A stretch of DNA of 63,795 nt, counting the filler, from Hausera hauseri (taxonomy: Eukaryota), in NCBI GenBank assembly GCA_046269625.1. It is 12 parts of 12 records of this genome, joined end to end, with 100 filler letters (N's around TTAATTAATTAA, not from the genome) between each part and the next. Parts side by side here need not be neighbours in the genome. Positions count along the whole stretch, not along the records: positions 1 to 4,269 come from JBJURY010666329.1; positions 4,370 to 9,506 come from JBJURY010324384.1; positions 9,607 to 17,441 come from JBJURY010901758.1; 9 more parts are not named here. The stretch is one strand, 5' to 3'. This document shows, one piece after another, positions 1-12,899 of the stretch. The position numbers and the translations under genes are program-made. The notes beneath the pieces are model-generated. The model was not told the origin of the DNA. It was given only the letters and a program-made list of their open reading frames with translations, and searched no databases. The first letter of the stretch is position 1. The number at the start of each line of letters is the position of its first letter.

Positions 1-3000
1 AGGCAGGAGCTGATTACATGAGGGAGAAACACCGAGGAGGACAGGACAGACGACACAAGGACCACAAAACACACTCACATCCTCAAAATGAGTAAACAGC
101 TTGAACTTCTCGCCTTGAAACTAAACTTCTCCTGTGGCCACTTTATTAAGGTTCAAGGTTCTTTATTGTCGTTCACATCACATGTGGTACATGAGGTGGA
201 ACGAAACTGTGTACTCAAGGTCACAGTTACACCCAAAACAGCAAAAACATAAAGTATAAAAAGAAACAGTATACAAGGATCTAAGATACACACTAAACAC
301 TAATAATGTAAAATAACACGGTGTATTAAACAGCAGCCTGAAAATGAGAGTTGTAGGTGTAGAGCCCTCTCTGCCTCCAACAAAGTGATGTCTTCTCTGG
401 AATATTTTGTGCCTTGCTCAAGTGTCTCAGGTGGAGCAAATGAAGGTCAAGGCAGGTGTGGGTGCTTCACCTTCACCACTTAAATATTTGGGATTTGAAC
501 CAGCAGCCTCTCAATCACAGGCTCACCTTCTCCAACCTTTGCACCATCACTCCCCCCAGATCTTTATATTTACCCCAGTGTGTTTAAATATTTTCACTAA
601 ATTTTGTAGTTTTCCTTTGATCCTTTTTTTATGATTTAACAATAAAACTTGATAAACATGTTTTTATAACCTGGATTATAATTTACAGTTAGATTAGATT
701 AGATGAATCTTTATTGGTTGGACTTTGTCTCAGGTCCAAACAAATAAACACAGACTGCATCTAACCAGAAGTGAAGAACAAGCAATCACTGAATGACCTT
801 TGACCTTCAGATATAATAAAACAATCCCCTCAGTTTAAAATAAAAACTACTTCTATGTGAAATGTTTGAAACAAACTGTTTTGGTTTAGTTTAAACCACG
901 GCTTCTTTATTTCTTTTAAATAAACGTTGTCTTTAGTTTGATTGATTTTCCATCGACGCAGCATCTATGTAGCCGAGTTCTTCCTGTTCCTGTGATCAAA
1001 CCAGGGAAACAGGAAACAGACACAAACATGACTTGTTTCATGAGACAAGTGGAAAATCAGATTTGAACCGAGTGTTTAGAAATGTTTGTTTGAGTCTTCA
1101 ACCACTCTGTTGTCATGGTAACAGCAGGCTTAAAGACAAAGAAAACTCTGAGTTTGTTCTTGGGGACAAACAGGAAATGAAAGAGACAAAAGCAGCATCT
1201 GGTCCTGAAGGTGAATCAAAGTGAGTTCTGCCTCTTCTTCCTCCACAGAGAGAAAAGCCCCTCAGAGACTCTGAGAGGAGAAGAAGAAGAACGTTGAGTC
1301 AACACTCACCTCATTCAGCTTTCAGTCCTCGTTCTTCTTCTCTGTCCACTCAGAACGGACTCTGGACTCAAGGGGAACATTTCCTGTTCTACATGAACCA
1401 GCAGCTTTATGGTGCTGCAACATTTACTGGAAACCAGCTGAGTTGATCTGTGGGTGTGTTTCTGCTGCTCAAAGGTCACTTCTTCTCACCAACACCGACT
1501 CTACCATCCAGATGTGAGTGAAGCGTCGCTCAGTGAACGTGTTCACACACGTCAACACTCAGAGTCTGAGCTGCAGCAACAAAAAGTCCAGCAGAGACAG
1601 ACACTGAGAGAGAAAGCACAAGTGTTGCTGCTCTTTCCTCTTCCTCTCTAACAGACAGCTGTGGCAGCTCCGACTCTGCACATCTGGATCATCAGTCCAT
1701 TCAAGTCCCACACATGGCTCCCATTCTGTGACCCATCCAGACCTGGAGATGTTTGACTAACACAAACACACATTTAACAACAGCTGCAGCTGGAATCAAA
1801 GGACTTCCAGAATCCTGAAAGATGAAAACTGATTCTGTCTGTTGCTCCATCAGAACATCTGGAACCTGTTTTTATCATGTGACCACAGCTGGAGGTCAGA
1901 AATCCCATTTCTGTGTGTTTCATGTGTTCATCATGAAGAGAAACCATGTTAATGTGTGAACGCTGAGTCAGCATTCACAACATTGTTGGATGTTTTTTTT
2001 ATCTTCTGTCACTTTGTTACAATCTGTTTCTGCAGACTTGATGCAGTTTTAGTCGTTCATTATCAAACTGATGATCTCATTCAGAGCTGAGGGATGATTT
2101 TTGTAACTTTGATCCTTTTTAAATTATTAAACTTTATTTACAAATATTTTCTATAAAGAAAAACATTAAGATCTGTTAATAACTTTTTAAAATCTGCTTC
2201 AGTTTGTCTTTTCTATTTTAGCCTTCTTGTGCTACTTTAAGCTTTTAGCTATTGTTTTGCTATTTTCAGTCTTTTTTATGCTACATTTACCTTCTAGCTA
2301 GCTTTTGCAACTTTAGCTACCATTTTATTTCTTTAGCTTTTGGCTAGCACTTTGCTTCTTTTTGCTTCTAGCTATCATTTTGTTACTTTAGGCTTTGAGC
2401 TGCACTTTTGCTTTATTTAGCTTTTAGCTAGCCTTCTGCTACATTTAGCAATCTCTATGCTACTTTCACCTTTTACCTAAAGTTTAGCTACTTCTAACTT
2501 TTAGCAAGTGATTCTCTTATTTAACTTTTAGCTAGTGTTCATCTTTTTTAGCTTTTAGCTCATGTTGTGTAACAGCTTCAGCTTGTTCGGCAGGTTTCAG
2601 CAGACTCTTTCAGCTCAGCGTTCAGTTTCACAAACTAGAATTATTTTTACAAACTGATCCTGACGCTGCAGAGAAAAGCAGCTGAAGAAAATGGATGATG
2701 GATCCAAACTACTCTGTCATGAGCTCAGAAGAGGAACGTGAAGCTGAACTACATTTCCCATGAGCGTTAGCTCCAGCAGCTGCTGCCTCATGGGAGATGT
2801 AGTTGTTGAAGGCTCAGTGAAGCTTTGTGGTGGATGTTTCCTGAAATGAGGAGGTGTTCAGATGGTGTGGACAGAAAGTGACAGGAACATGTTGAAGCTT
2901 TAAAAATCATCTCAACATGAACTGTGTGACAGACTTTTAGAACAGAGGCTGAGTTCAGGACTTCAGCAGGAACTCTGCTTCCACCTGAACTTCTCCCACA

Positions 3001-3420
3001 CGTCTCACTGAAGCACGTGGACTTCTTGTGAGTCAAGTGTTGGTCAGTTCAGAGAAACATCTTCCTGGATGTTCTTCTTCTTCTCTCCTCTTCATGTTTG
3101 TGGGGCTTTAAGGGCCGTTAGAAGCTCCTGCAGCTGAGTGGAACATCAGGACCTGAGATGTGGAGCAGGTTCTGTGGACAGAACTCAGCAGAACCAATGT
3201 TTGGGAGGCTGCACTCAGAGTGGGAGCCTTTGAAGAACGTTGCTGAGCTTCAAACAGACACAGAGTCCAGGAGAGAATTAGTTTCTACTTCCTGAACGTT
3301 TCTCCACTGCAGCCAGATGTTGGTCAGCTGAACATCTGCAGAAACGGGAGACATGTTTGTCCTCTCCTGTTCACTTCAGCTGTTCTGATGCTGGACACAA
3401 TTAAAGGCCTGGCATTCCTT
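1..3420. other. Teleost-like non-coding (intronic/intergenic) DNA
   Basis: CAG/CTG- and CA-rich, CpG-poor composition, no credible ORF, and a TTAGCT-rich repeat of a kind common in small teleost genomes. The taxon is a compositional impression only. Confidence 0.6.
2215..2565. repeat. Degenerate tandem repeat, unit about 28 nt (ttttgctactttagcttttagctag-like)
   Basis: Repeated 'tttagct', 'gctac' and 'ctagc' words at roughly regular spacing. Confidence 0.75.
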
Positions 3421-3869
3421 GAAATAATGCATGGCCCACCACTTTTCATGTCTGTTTTAGACTAAGATCATCTTGTGGAGAAATGATGGAAGTTTGAGTT
3501 AAACCTGTAACATAATGATTAATGACTGGTTCTTCTACAGTCTGGAAAATTTCGGCTGCTATACTGTCAAATCTATAGCCTTGTCTTATTTCAGTTATGT
3601 TATCGCATTTACGTTTAATCTGTCTCATTGTAGCATCATTCCTGACGTCAGACTGTGGTAGGGAATTGATTAGAGACTTGATGAGAGACACTCATGATCG
3701 AACATCATGGAGAGGTATGATCCTCCACGTCTGCTGGCATGCAATCAATGACGATTAGAGAATATCCATGACTGACATTGTCACAGTGGCTCTCAGAATT
3801 AGACTCATGGACAGCAAGTTTACATATCATTCGTTGTTATCACCTGTCCTTTGAAATCCGTCAACGCGT

Positions 3870-4185
3870 CACCATCCATCAAGAATGTTGCGTCTCAGCT
3901 ATCCACTTCTCTCGGTCTGCATCCATTCTTGTATTATGCCCCATTTGAGCTGCATGGTTGTCATCTCTGTTTTCACTTTTCAACGCCAGATAGTCTTTGT
4001 CCGTCCTTTTTTTATCCTTCCCTCTGGTGTCTTGCGCATTGCTATCTTGATAAGGATATCCGGATGTTTTCTGAGGACATTTCCGATTTATATCCATCGT
4101 TGTTTTCTTACTTTTGTGTTTGAATATTCCGTTTTGCTTCTGGTGAGAAGTTTCCAAACGAGAATCAGAATTTTTCGGACAATGT
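3870..4185 (-). mobile_element. RTE-clade LINE 3' ORF fragment
   Basis: The minus frame reads KVRKQRWI*IGNVLRKHPDILIKIAMRKTPEGRIKKGRTKTIWR*KVKTEM, matching the RTE C-terminal consensus RWxWIGHVLRK...WTPEGKRKRGRPKTTWRRT. Confidence 0.8.
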
Positions 4186-4269
4186 AATGAGAAAGGGGGG
4201 AGTTGGAGAACTTAAAAACAACAGGCAAAATAGATGGGAAGAGAGCCAAAGGGGACAGACAATTATGGA

Positions 4270-4369
4270 NNNNNNNNNNNNNNNNNNNNNNNNNNNNNNN
4301 NNNNNNNNNNNNNTTAATTAATTAANNNNNNNNNNNNNNNNNNNNNNNNNNNNNNNNNNNNNNNNNNNN
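4270..4369. other. Artificial contig linker N44-TTAATTAATTAA-N44 (six-frame stop spacer). The same linker occurs at 9507-9606, 17442-17541, 24177-24276, 28361-28460, 33550-33649, 39378-39477, 44518-44617, 50189-50288, 54244-54343 and 59575-59674
   Basis: An identical 100-nt cassette is seen 11 times, and sequence character changes across the linkers. Confidence 0.98.
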
Positions 4370-4479
4370 ATTTGCCAAAAAAAAAGAAAACATTACAAAA
4401 ATAATAAAAGTTACTGTCTAATTTATCCGGACTAAAGTTTTCAATGTACATGAGAACGTGTACTCGAAAATCTGGAGAC

Positions 4480-5040
4480 AAAACAAAAAAAGTTATTCTT
4501 GCCATCAGGTATCGATGCAGGGATTCCTTTTGAGCGGGAATGTCCTGGTTGGTCAATATTTGGTTGACGCAGGTTTCTAAGGCTTTAAAGGTGTGATCAA
4601 ATGCTTTCTAATAGTTATATTTGATATCGTTTTCCACAGGACTTCTTTTGCAATTATTTAAAGTTTATTATATTTTATCAGAGGTAATTGGAAGGCAGGT
4701 GAAAGAATCCTTGATACAAGGTACCGTAAGGAAGGAGTAGTTCGGGTCCATTATTTTAGGTGTTTGTTGGATGTAATGTTATTCGACAGCCTTCCTTGTT
4801 GGAATATACAATCATAGACAGGTTGATTAATCTGTTATATACAATTTTACGCGCTCTTTGATAATCCAAGCGTAGAAAGAGGTCCGATTGTTCTGTATGA
4901 TTTATATATGTCATGGGGTGTCTTATAGTTTTTTGAGTTAAAGGAAAGAATTTTTCTTTTCCCATAGTGGCTTCATTAAGGAAGTGCGCTGCCATAGACG
5001 GAATGTTACTCATCTGTTCGCATTTTAAAAAATTATCTTA
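4480..5040 (-). mobile_element. Non-LTR retrotransposon relic, region just N-terminal of RT (R2/NeSL/Utopia-like)
   Basis: Reads PITSDKI**TLNNCKRSPVENDIKYNY*KAFDHTFKALETCVNQILTNQDIPAQKES, similar to PITxEEVxxxLxxCKxSAPGPDGIxYxxWK...LxxIFNxCL...IPxxWKxS. Confidence 0.5.
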
Positions 5041-5789
5041 GGAATATTATTGTTTTCATGCTAAATATATTTTTGAGTGCAATATTTTCCAGGATCCTAA
5101 CTATGCATATATTCTGGTCAAAGTAACTGGCATGACGAAATTCTACAGCCAAAATAAAGGGCTCAAGGGTAGAAATTTTAAAGTTTCTAAATATATATAC
5201 ATATATATATCATAGAGGTGACAAGAAAATTCTCTAAAAGATTTTTAGAATTTACAAGGTTTTTTTATAGATAATTATAGATACAATAATATATGTATTG
5301 TGTGTTGTTCCAGAACATTCTAGAATATTTCATAACGATCTAGAGAATTTTATATGGGTTTTTGAAATTAGACTTTGTTCAAATTCTCTGAAGACAAAAA
5401 ATTTTTTAAATTAAAAAAAAGCATGGTTGAGTGTCGAGCTTATATCTCGAGAATGGCTGAGCCGATTTTTATAATTTTGGGCTCGAAAAGCTCGCCAAGA
5501 AATTTCCAGTAACATATTACCAATACTTATCTTTAAAATATGAAAGATTAGGATACAAAAATTTTCTACTATTTAATTTCATAATTATTTCAATTGATAC
5601 AGTCGAGAATTTATAACAAGTAAGATTGAATTTCATTGATTATTTCTTAATAACTGATGATTATTAGTAATTTGTATACAATCATCATTAGTTTTTCTAT
5701 AAATTATTTATATGATCAATAAGTAATATATTTTCATTGATTTTTTAATATGCACGTGGTTGACAAATTTGTTAAGTTACAAATGAACA

Positions 5790-6240
5790 GGTTTTACTTT
5801 TCAGGGTCATAAATAGCGGAGAGATATAAGGTGCATTGATTGTTCTTGCAATATTTACTAGGAGTTCAGGTTCAGCTCGTGAGTATATCGATTGACGGTA
5901 AGGATCAAGAAGACACAAGGATTCTGTTTTCTGTCTATGTAACGTAAGAGCCAATGGCTTTCGTGCCATAAGGATATGAAGATTTGCTTAGCAGTGTTGG
6001 TTAAGGCAGCATCCTCATCGGACATTTTCATGTGAGCTGTGGTGTCATAGGCGTTTGGGAAAAGTATTTTAAAGAGGAACTAGGATATATACAGGAAGTT
6101 ACATCTAAAAGTGGCCTGATAGCCCCTGTATTCTATTTCGATGGTGGAGAACCAGATAGTCACATCCGATTTTCTAAGTTCTTTTTGTAGGATGCTTATG
6201 TCCTTGACCATATTTTGAAGTGGTGTATTGCAAGACGATT
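5790..6240 (-). pseudogene. Ulp1/SENP (C48)-like cysteine protease fragment, probably part of the same non-LTR element
   Basis: Reads WFSTIEIE ... KQIFISLWHESHWLLRYIDR(frameshift)KTESLCLLDPY, which fits the C48 pattern IFIPx(4-5)HWxLxxID...xxxxDS. The catalytic Cys segment is not seen. Confidence 0.5.
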
Positions 6241-9084
6241 TCAGAATTTCTGAGAAGAATTTACAAGGTAAGCCCTTACGAGAAAGCCCCGCTTAGTAAA
6301 ATTAATCATTACACTGCAAAGAAAAAAGATACGTTCAGTCATACAACTTTGATTATCAACAAAAATCTCGCAAAGATGAAATTTTTACACAGAAATTTTA
6401 TAGTTTTAATTTAACTTACAAATGTATTTTACAATATATAGTTCATATCTGTCATATACATTCTTTGCAATAATTGTTAATGAAATAAATGACTACTGAA
6501 CAATTTTAAAATGAACATGAATGTATTATTTCAGTATTCTTAAACAAATTATTCATAATGAGTAAACTTATCCCAGAAAAGTTCTAAACTTCAATACGTC
6601 GGAAATTAATATTTTCTTTTATTCCAAAACACTACGTCCAATACAAATACGCGGAAATCCTGGCAGGTATTTCATCGGAAAATCACAAAATTAAATTCAA
6701 TCCACAATTTGTAATATAACACAAAGGAAACTTAAAAATTTTTATTTTTTATAACATAAAAATAACAGAAGTCACAAATCATGAAAGCATTTTAATAAGA
6801 AAAACGTAAATAAACTTATATTATATGTCACTAACAAGACATGTACATATGTGAAAATTTCTGATTGAGACTATTTTGATTGGATTTGATAAAATTGTTC
6901 TAAATAAATAGAACAGTCATATTACATTTTAATTTGACAATTTATCTGAAACACTCGAGGAAAAATAAATGTAAATTCCTGACGTAATTGATTATCTCTT
7001 TCGTTAACGATAGATTCACAAATGTCTTGAGCTTGCTTGACTGTTAAAATAGTCACTGACCTAAATGTGTATAACAAAAAATATTCTTAAAATCTCACTG
7101 GAGGAAGATCCATTCAGAAAACGCTGGACATGCATGCCACCTTTTCGAACTTGTATTGTTCTATATAACATTTAACTTTTGATTCGATATTATGATAACT
7201 TTAGTCTAAAACGGCAATAAGATAATCAATTTAAATAATCTTTTATTATTATTCTGTTTAAAAGATGGCTTAAATAAAGATTCAAACTTAAAACTGCTAT
7301 CCCCAACAACACTGATGAATACGGACGCTTAACTGCAACGAAAGCCATAAATATGGAAAACAAGGGTAGTTAGTTATTTAAACAAATATCATTAAACAAT
7401 TGTACTTCGGCACTTAATACACAATACATTGTACAATTGGGTATGACCGACTTCATAAATCATGATAATACATAGAACCCTGTTTATATTTAAATTGTTT
7501 GGATAATACAAAACCGGATAAAGAATTTGATACTGTAGATTGAATTTTGTAATAATTCTTTCTAACTAAATTTCCATTATAAATTGTATGAATCAAGCAA
7601 GTTACCGGCCGTTAGCAAACATGTGTTGGCGATTTGATGCAAAATAATTAAGATAATCCTCTCTGGAAACTACACAATATTTTCTATTTTGAAAATCAAC
7701 ATCAAAAATTAGTAACAGGCCACTGAACGTTTTCATACATAAAACCAAATAAATACTTGAAAAACTTATTTATCAACTCGATATGAGAAATGTCAAAAAA
7801 CATTTCACAAAAATTTACCTGGGATAAAAATTCGTAAATGTCAATACTAATTTCGCACAGGTTTTGAATTTTGTCGGAAATGATAGAACGGTGTCAGAAT
7901 CATAAACATACCGAATTCCGTCAACCTGCATTACGATAATAACATGATAATCCTTTGTACACAGGCATCAAAAATATTTAAAACAAAATTTACCCAAATA
8001 ACAGTATGATTATTAAATGCACTTCCGGCTTTTTGCATCCTGATTTTTACCTAATTTTTCGTATTCCGAATTGACATTTATTAAATATTTACGTTTCTTT
8101 CATAATTGTAAATAAACACAGCAAACAGTTGAATACTTTTCTTGTTTATCGCTTCAATGAGCTTATAAACATTTCCTTCACTACAAAGGTACCATTAATA
8201 ATTTACATAATTACAAATACCAGTAACATGAGATGTAAGTAAAATCTTTGACATTCAAATTCATGTTTCAAACACAAATGTTAGTAAAAATGTTATGGTA
8301 CGTAATTTTAAATTATTCGTGCAAATTTTTACATATAGTCATTAAATTATAAAGTAATAAGTGGGTTCAATTTTTTCAAAAGCAAAATTTGTAAAACTGT
8401 ATGCTCCTTACCAGTTTTGCATCCCGAATTAAACATAACTTTTTTGACTTTTGTTTATGTTAGCAGCGTGCGCATCCACGCCGTTCACGTCACCGCCCAG
8501 CCGGGATAGGGTTGGAAAACACCCGCCACCTGGTATTTCTGCTGAATCAGAATTGGATCGTTTGAGGTTACTCATTGAAAAGTAAACACCAGTAGAAATT
8601 TTTATTATAATGCAAATTATTTATTTTGAAACAAATTTTCCACATTTAAACCATATTTCAATTAAAAATTTAATAAAGTAATTTTAATTAAATTTTTTAA
8701 TTAATTCCGACTTACAATCTTAATTTAAATTTAGAAATGTTTCTGATTTAAATTTAGAGCTTCTGTTCTCAATTATATCCTCAGAGTTTAAACATATCAA
8801 TTAATCACAGTAGAGTAGAGGAAAAATGAGAGTTCTGGCACAGAAGCCTATACTCCAATCGATTTATCAATTCGCAAAATTCACTTTTGTTTAAACGCGT
8901 CAATTCAAAAGCGTACAACGCTGCAATATGAATTTTGGGCTATCCACATAGTTTAGCTGGCGAACTGCCTGTAAATTTCAATTTTCTATATATATTTTCT
9001 TCAACGTTTTCAACAACTTTGCGTTATTTTCGTCCTTTATAGGAGGCCTAACTAAATTGCGCTTCAAGCTGACTTGAAGAGTTG

Positions 9085-9230
9085 ATTAACCTTTAGAATG
9101 TTATGCATCTTGAAAACATATACGTTTTCATCTAACGCTGCAATCCCGTTACCATTGTCAAAGCGACAAAGCTTAACATGTGGTTTATTTAAGTTTTTTA
9201 AAATCTTCTCAGCCTCATAATTTTCTTTCA
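9085..9230 (-). mobile_element. Penelope-like element RT N-terminal (DKG-motif) fragment
   Basis: Reads EKILKNLNKPHVKLCRFDNGNGIAALDENVYVFKMHNIL, similar to LKxLKxxxxIxIxxADKGNxxVILDxxDYxxKMxxIL. Confidence 0.5.
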
Positions 9231-9429
9231 AATTCTTCTTTAAACAAGTATCGCTACATTGCCGTTAATCATATTTTACCTTTTCTAAATTGATGAATGG
9301 GATTTCTTCATCAATTGACCTTAACGAAGAGAAAAACCGTCCACCTATGCATTTAGACATCAGCTCGCCTATCTTGTCCCAAACTTTAATAAATTAATTT
9401 CTTCGGTACATTTTCTTTTGACTTTCTTT

Positions 9430-9506
9430 TGATCCAAACCTGCTAATCCATGTGCGAATGAAAACGTCAGCTATGGTGTCTGTGTTAGTGCTCCGCAGAG
9501 GGATGG
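9430..9506 (-). mobile_element. 77-nt fragment of CsRn1-like Gypsy integrase at the contig end
   Basis: Translates to IPLRSTNTDTIADVFIRTWISRFGS and aligns at nucleotide level with about 37770-37842 and with the equivalent region of copy A. Confidence 0.85.
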
Positions 9507-9871
9507 NNNNNNNNNNNNNNNNNNNNNNNNNNNNNNNNNNNNNNNNNNNNTTAATTAATTAANNNNNNNNNNNNNNNNNNNNNNNNNNNNNNNNNNNNNN
9601 NNNNNNTAAATTTTGATGAATCATCGATGTCGACACACAAATGAACGAACAAACAACAATCCAGACAAAATTTAGATGTTCTGTTTGTTTTTTTCTTTGC
9701 TGTCTTGCATAGTTTAGCAGTGTTATAAATTGTACTATTAATTAATATTATAAGACAATTAATTAATAGATTTTTTTAATTTTAAGAAATACAACCGTTT
9801 CTCGTGGATTTATTTTATCTACTATTTGGATTCAAGCTGGTGTCAGAAGTGGGATTTATTTTATTTACTAC

Positions 9872-11830
9872 ATGGATTTAAATTTCATTGCAAAACCCGA
9901 AACTAATCCCAGTCGTTTGTGTCATCTACAAGACGAAACTCTATCCAAAGTGCTCTTCGATTTGTCAGTAAATCTCGCAAAAAAGAATAGATCCGTGTCA
10001 ACCTCAAAAGCTCAGTTGAAGTCGAAAACTGAAATCGATTGTTTGATATTTTTGATTCGTTTGATGTCGTCAATCCAATCCACGACGACATACTGCATCA
10101 TTCAAGATTCCGCAATTTTGTCCCATTGAATTAAGATGTTTGTTATTGATTCCCACGTAAAACAATTGCGACAGGATGCTGTAACGTTTCTTGTAAATAT
10201 TTGCAAAAAAATACAAACACGTCTTTGATAATTTTGAATGCAGCATTAAAAATAGTCGTCAGCCAGTGCCAAATGTAATTTAATAAACACGACGAAAAAC
10301 GATTAGGGGTTACAAAAAAGTAAATGTTTTTCGTTCAAAGAAGATTCCTATGAGCGTAGTTATTTTGACTTGTTACGGATTCTCGTTGATTATTTTTCGA
10401 ACTATAACGAAGCTTACGTTGGGGCTATTTCAACTCTAGATATGATGGTAAACATGATAAACAATCGATTGATATACGAAGGACGGCCAGCGAGAATTGA
10501 AGATTCTACTTTAATTGGTATGGTTGAGGTTTTTAGGCGGTTTACAAGTTTTCTAATATCGTCGGAATATCGGGACTCAAATTGTAATATTACATTGAAC
10601 GACATTGTCGTTAAGATTTTCCATTGGCTATTTAAAATCTCTGATAACAAAACTAATGTCTCCGGTGACTTTCTTTCATTTCCCATGAAAATTGTAGATT
10701 TAGAAACAAATCATTTGCCAAGATTCAAGGGTAGTATATTACGTCGCATATCATTTGAACAGATTCTTGATTTTTGACAAATTTCTTTGAATATTTTCCG
10801 AGTGATTTGTGATAAAATTGTTGAACTGCATATTGTTCGAGTAAATTCTGAAGATTCAAAGATATTTCCTCTCAAAAATTGGCCCCGAGATGACATTAGA
10901 GATGATTGTCGAAAAGTAATTCTTGATACCAAAGATCCGGGTTTGAAATTGTTCAGTAAATTACAGTCGATATTTATGTTTCTGCAGTTTTCGGATCGTA
11001 AGGGGTTGAATCCTAAAGCCTTTTGTGATTCGTATAAAATGGACAAACAAGTTATAAATACTGTAGAGCATAACATATCCGAATTCTTTAGTGATCTCTT
11101 CGGAAAGTTGGAGACCGTATCAAACACACTTAAATCGGGAATAATCAATCTTGGAGGCGAATCTAGTAGTTATATTATATCTTTGGATTGCCTTCATCAG
11201 CGAAGAATTCCAGAAGAATTTTACTTTTTAAGTCTCAACGTCAATAATTGACAAATTTGGATGAATCGTTTGCACATTTTGTCAAAACGGACATTCTTGA
11301 CGGTAATAATAAATATAGATGTAGTGAGTATAACACGCTGGTTCGTGCCGAAAAAAGTACATGTTTAACGAAATTACCAAACATTTTATGCTTGAATATC
11401 ATGAGGTATTATTTCGATGTTAATACTTTTCGCCGAGAGAAACTCAGTAATTTCTTCTAGTTTCCCATGAAATTTGATGTTGGACATTTCATGAAATACT
11501 CATTAATGGCTGTTGATCCAGATCCCAGCATTGCTGTATGTTGTAAATATCGATTAATTGGAATTGCTGTTCACTCTGGAACAAGTGAAAGTGGGCACTA
11601 TTACAGTTTTGTTAAAGACTGTCCCGACGGTAAACCTTTGTTTTGGGATGAACCAAATATAGGATCAGACAAATGGTATTGTTTTAGTGATGTGAAAGTA
11701 AAGTCATTTGATCCATCGAGTATTCCGTCGGAATTTTACGGCGGCTTGAGTGGCAGCAAAAGGAATTTAGAATTATCACAATTGGTTTTTAGTAATTCCG
11801 ATTACAAAACGAACAATGTATGCAATAAAC
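9872..11830 (+). pseudogene. USP34: USP34-like ubiquitin carboxyl-terminal hydrolase, disrupted, Cys box deleted
   Basis: Motifs WPRDDIRDDCR, LQSIFMFLQFSDRKGLNPKAFCDSYKMDKQVINT, EEFY, DILDGNNKYRC, VRAEKSTCLTKLPNILCLNIMRY, YRLIGIAVHSGTSESGHYYSF and KWYCFSDVKVKSFD are collinear with USP34. There are several stops and frameshifts. Confidence 0.85.
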
Positions 11831-11949
11831 AAATCAAGGTTTATTTTACTTGCACATTTTTACTTGCACATCCGTTAATTAAATTAGATTCAACTATTAT
11901 TCTCTAAAATGCTAATCAACCAACGTTAGAACTTCAAGATACAACCAGA

Positions 11950-12840
11950 AAACATGCTTGCCAATGACGCGATATAAATTACAGGATAAATTTCTGTTCT
12001 AAAATGAAAAACGTGGTAAAACATACGCAGTGCTGTTCTTTGTCACGAAATTCATGTTTCGTGCATGTTAAGCTTTGCAACGATCCTAAATGTCAGGTTC
12101 CAAATTGTCTAGCTTTGCGTTTCATTTGGAGACAAGAAGGTAGCCAACAACGGGTGCAACAAGCACAGATTTTAAGGCGACGAGTAGCTTTAATGCAACG
12201 TGGAATACATGGCGACCAATTGACTCCTACTCCATTGAATTCACAACCGCAGCCTTTTGAAAATTCTGTAAATAAACCGTCTATGAACAACGGTGATAAT
12301 ACATGTAATAATGACTCTTCTGGGCAGAAGCCAATCCCTTCAAATATTATTCCTCCAATATTTCAATCTCAAACATCTTAATTTGAAATTATTTATTCTA
12401 ATAATTTTAATTGTACATTAAATACCGTTACTCCAAATCACTTTACTAATCAGAAAAAAGCTACGGATGAAGATATGCGTGAATATTTTATTAAAAATTT
12501 TAGCAACTGGTTTGACACTTATCCACAATATAAAATAGCATTCGAGATGCTTAAAAAGTTCAAATCTCGTCCAAACGAAGTCATTGTCAACCCTCCATTT
12601 CAAAACATCCAGTCTGTCCGTGACGCCTCTATGAGACCAACAAGATTACTTAACAGTAATCCTATGCACGTCGCTCCTATTCCACAACAATTACTTCCCA
12701 CTCAAACTGCAAATTCGCTGCTTAAATACCTGAAACAAAGCAATCCTCAATCTATCAAAGCTGTTCAGGAGTTAGTGGAATCAGCTCAGTTGACGCAAAA
12801 ACCTCAAGAACGATTGCCAAAGTCGTTATCAAATAAAATT
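11950..12840 (+). pseudogene. CREBBP: CBP/p300 C-terminal fragment (TAZ2 zinc finger with internal deletion, Q-rich region, possible NCBD)
   Basis: KHACQ*RDINYRINFCSKMKNVVKHTQCC...HVKLCNDPKCQVPNCLALR...QQRVQQAQILRRRVALMQRG matches CBP HACQCRNANC..CQKMKRVVQH...HAKHCQENKCPVPFC...QQAQMLRRRMASMQR. Confidence 0.85.
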
Positions 12841-12899
12841 AATTATGATAGATATTTACATATTGTTACCCTACGCTATTGATGATTTGGATGAAAAAT

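Noticed and set aside
407-3036. Short ORFs in contig 1
   Set aside because: No recognisable motifs; expected by chance in non-coding DNA.
4314-4325. Recurring TTAATTAATTAA palindrome, and ORFs ending in X…LIN
   Set aside because: Artificial linker. ORF-track entries crossing N runs are artefacts.
5190-5780. Possible Helitron/Helentron-type non-autonomous insertion (ATCTCGAGAATGGCTGAGCCGATTTT)
   Set aside because: Only one familiar motif is present, and the termini and hairpin could not be defined.
7310-7346. CTGATGA…GAAA hammerhead-like core
   Set aside because: No stem II pairing between the core motifs.
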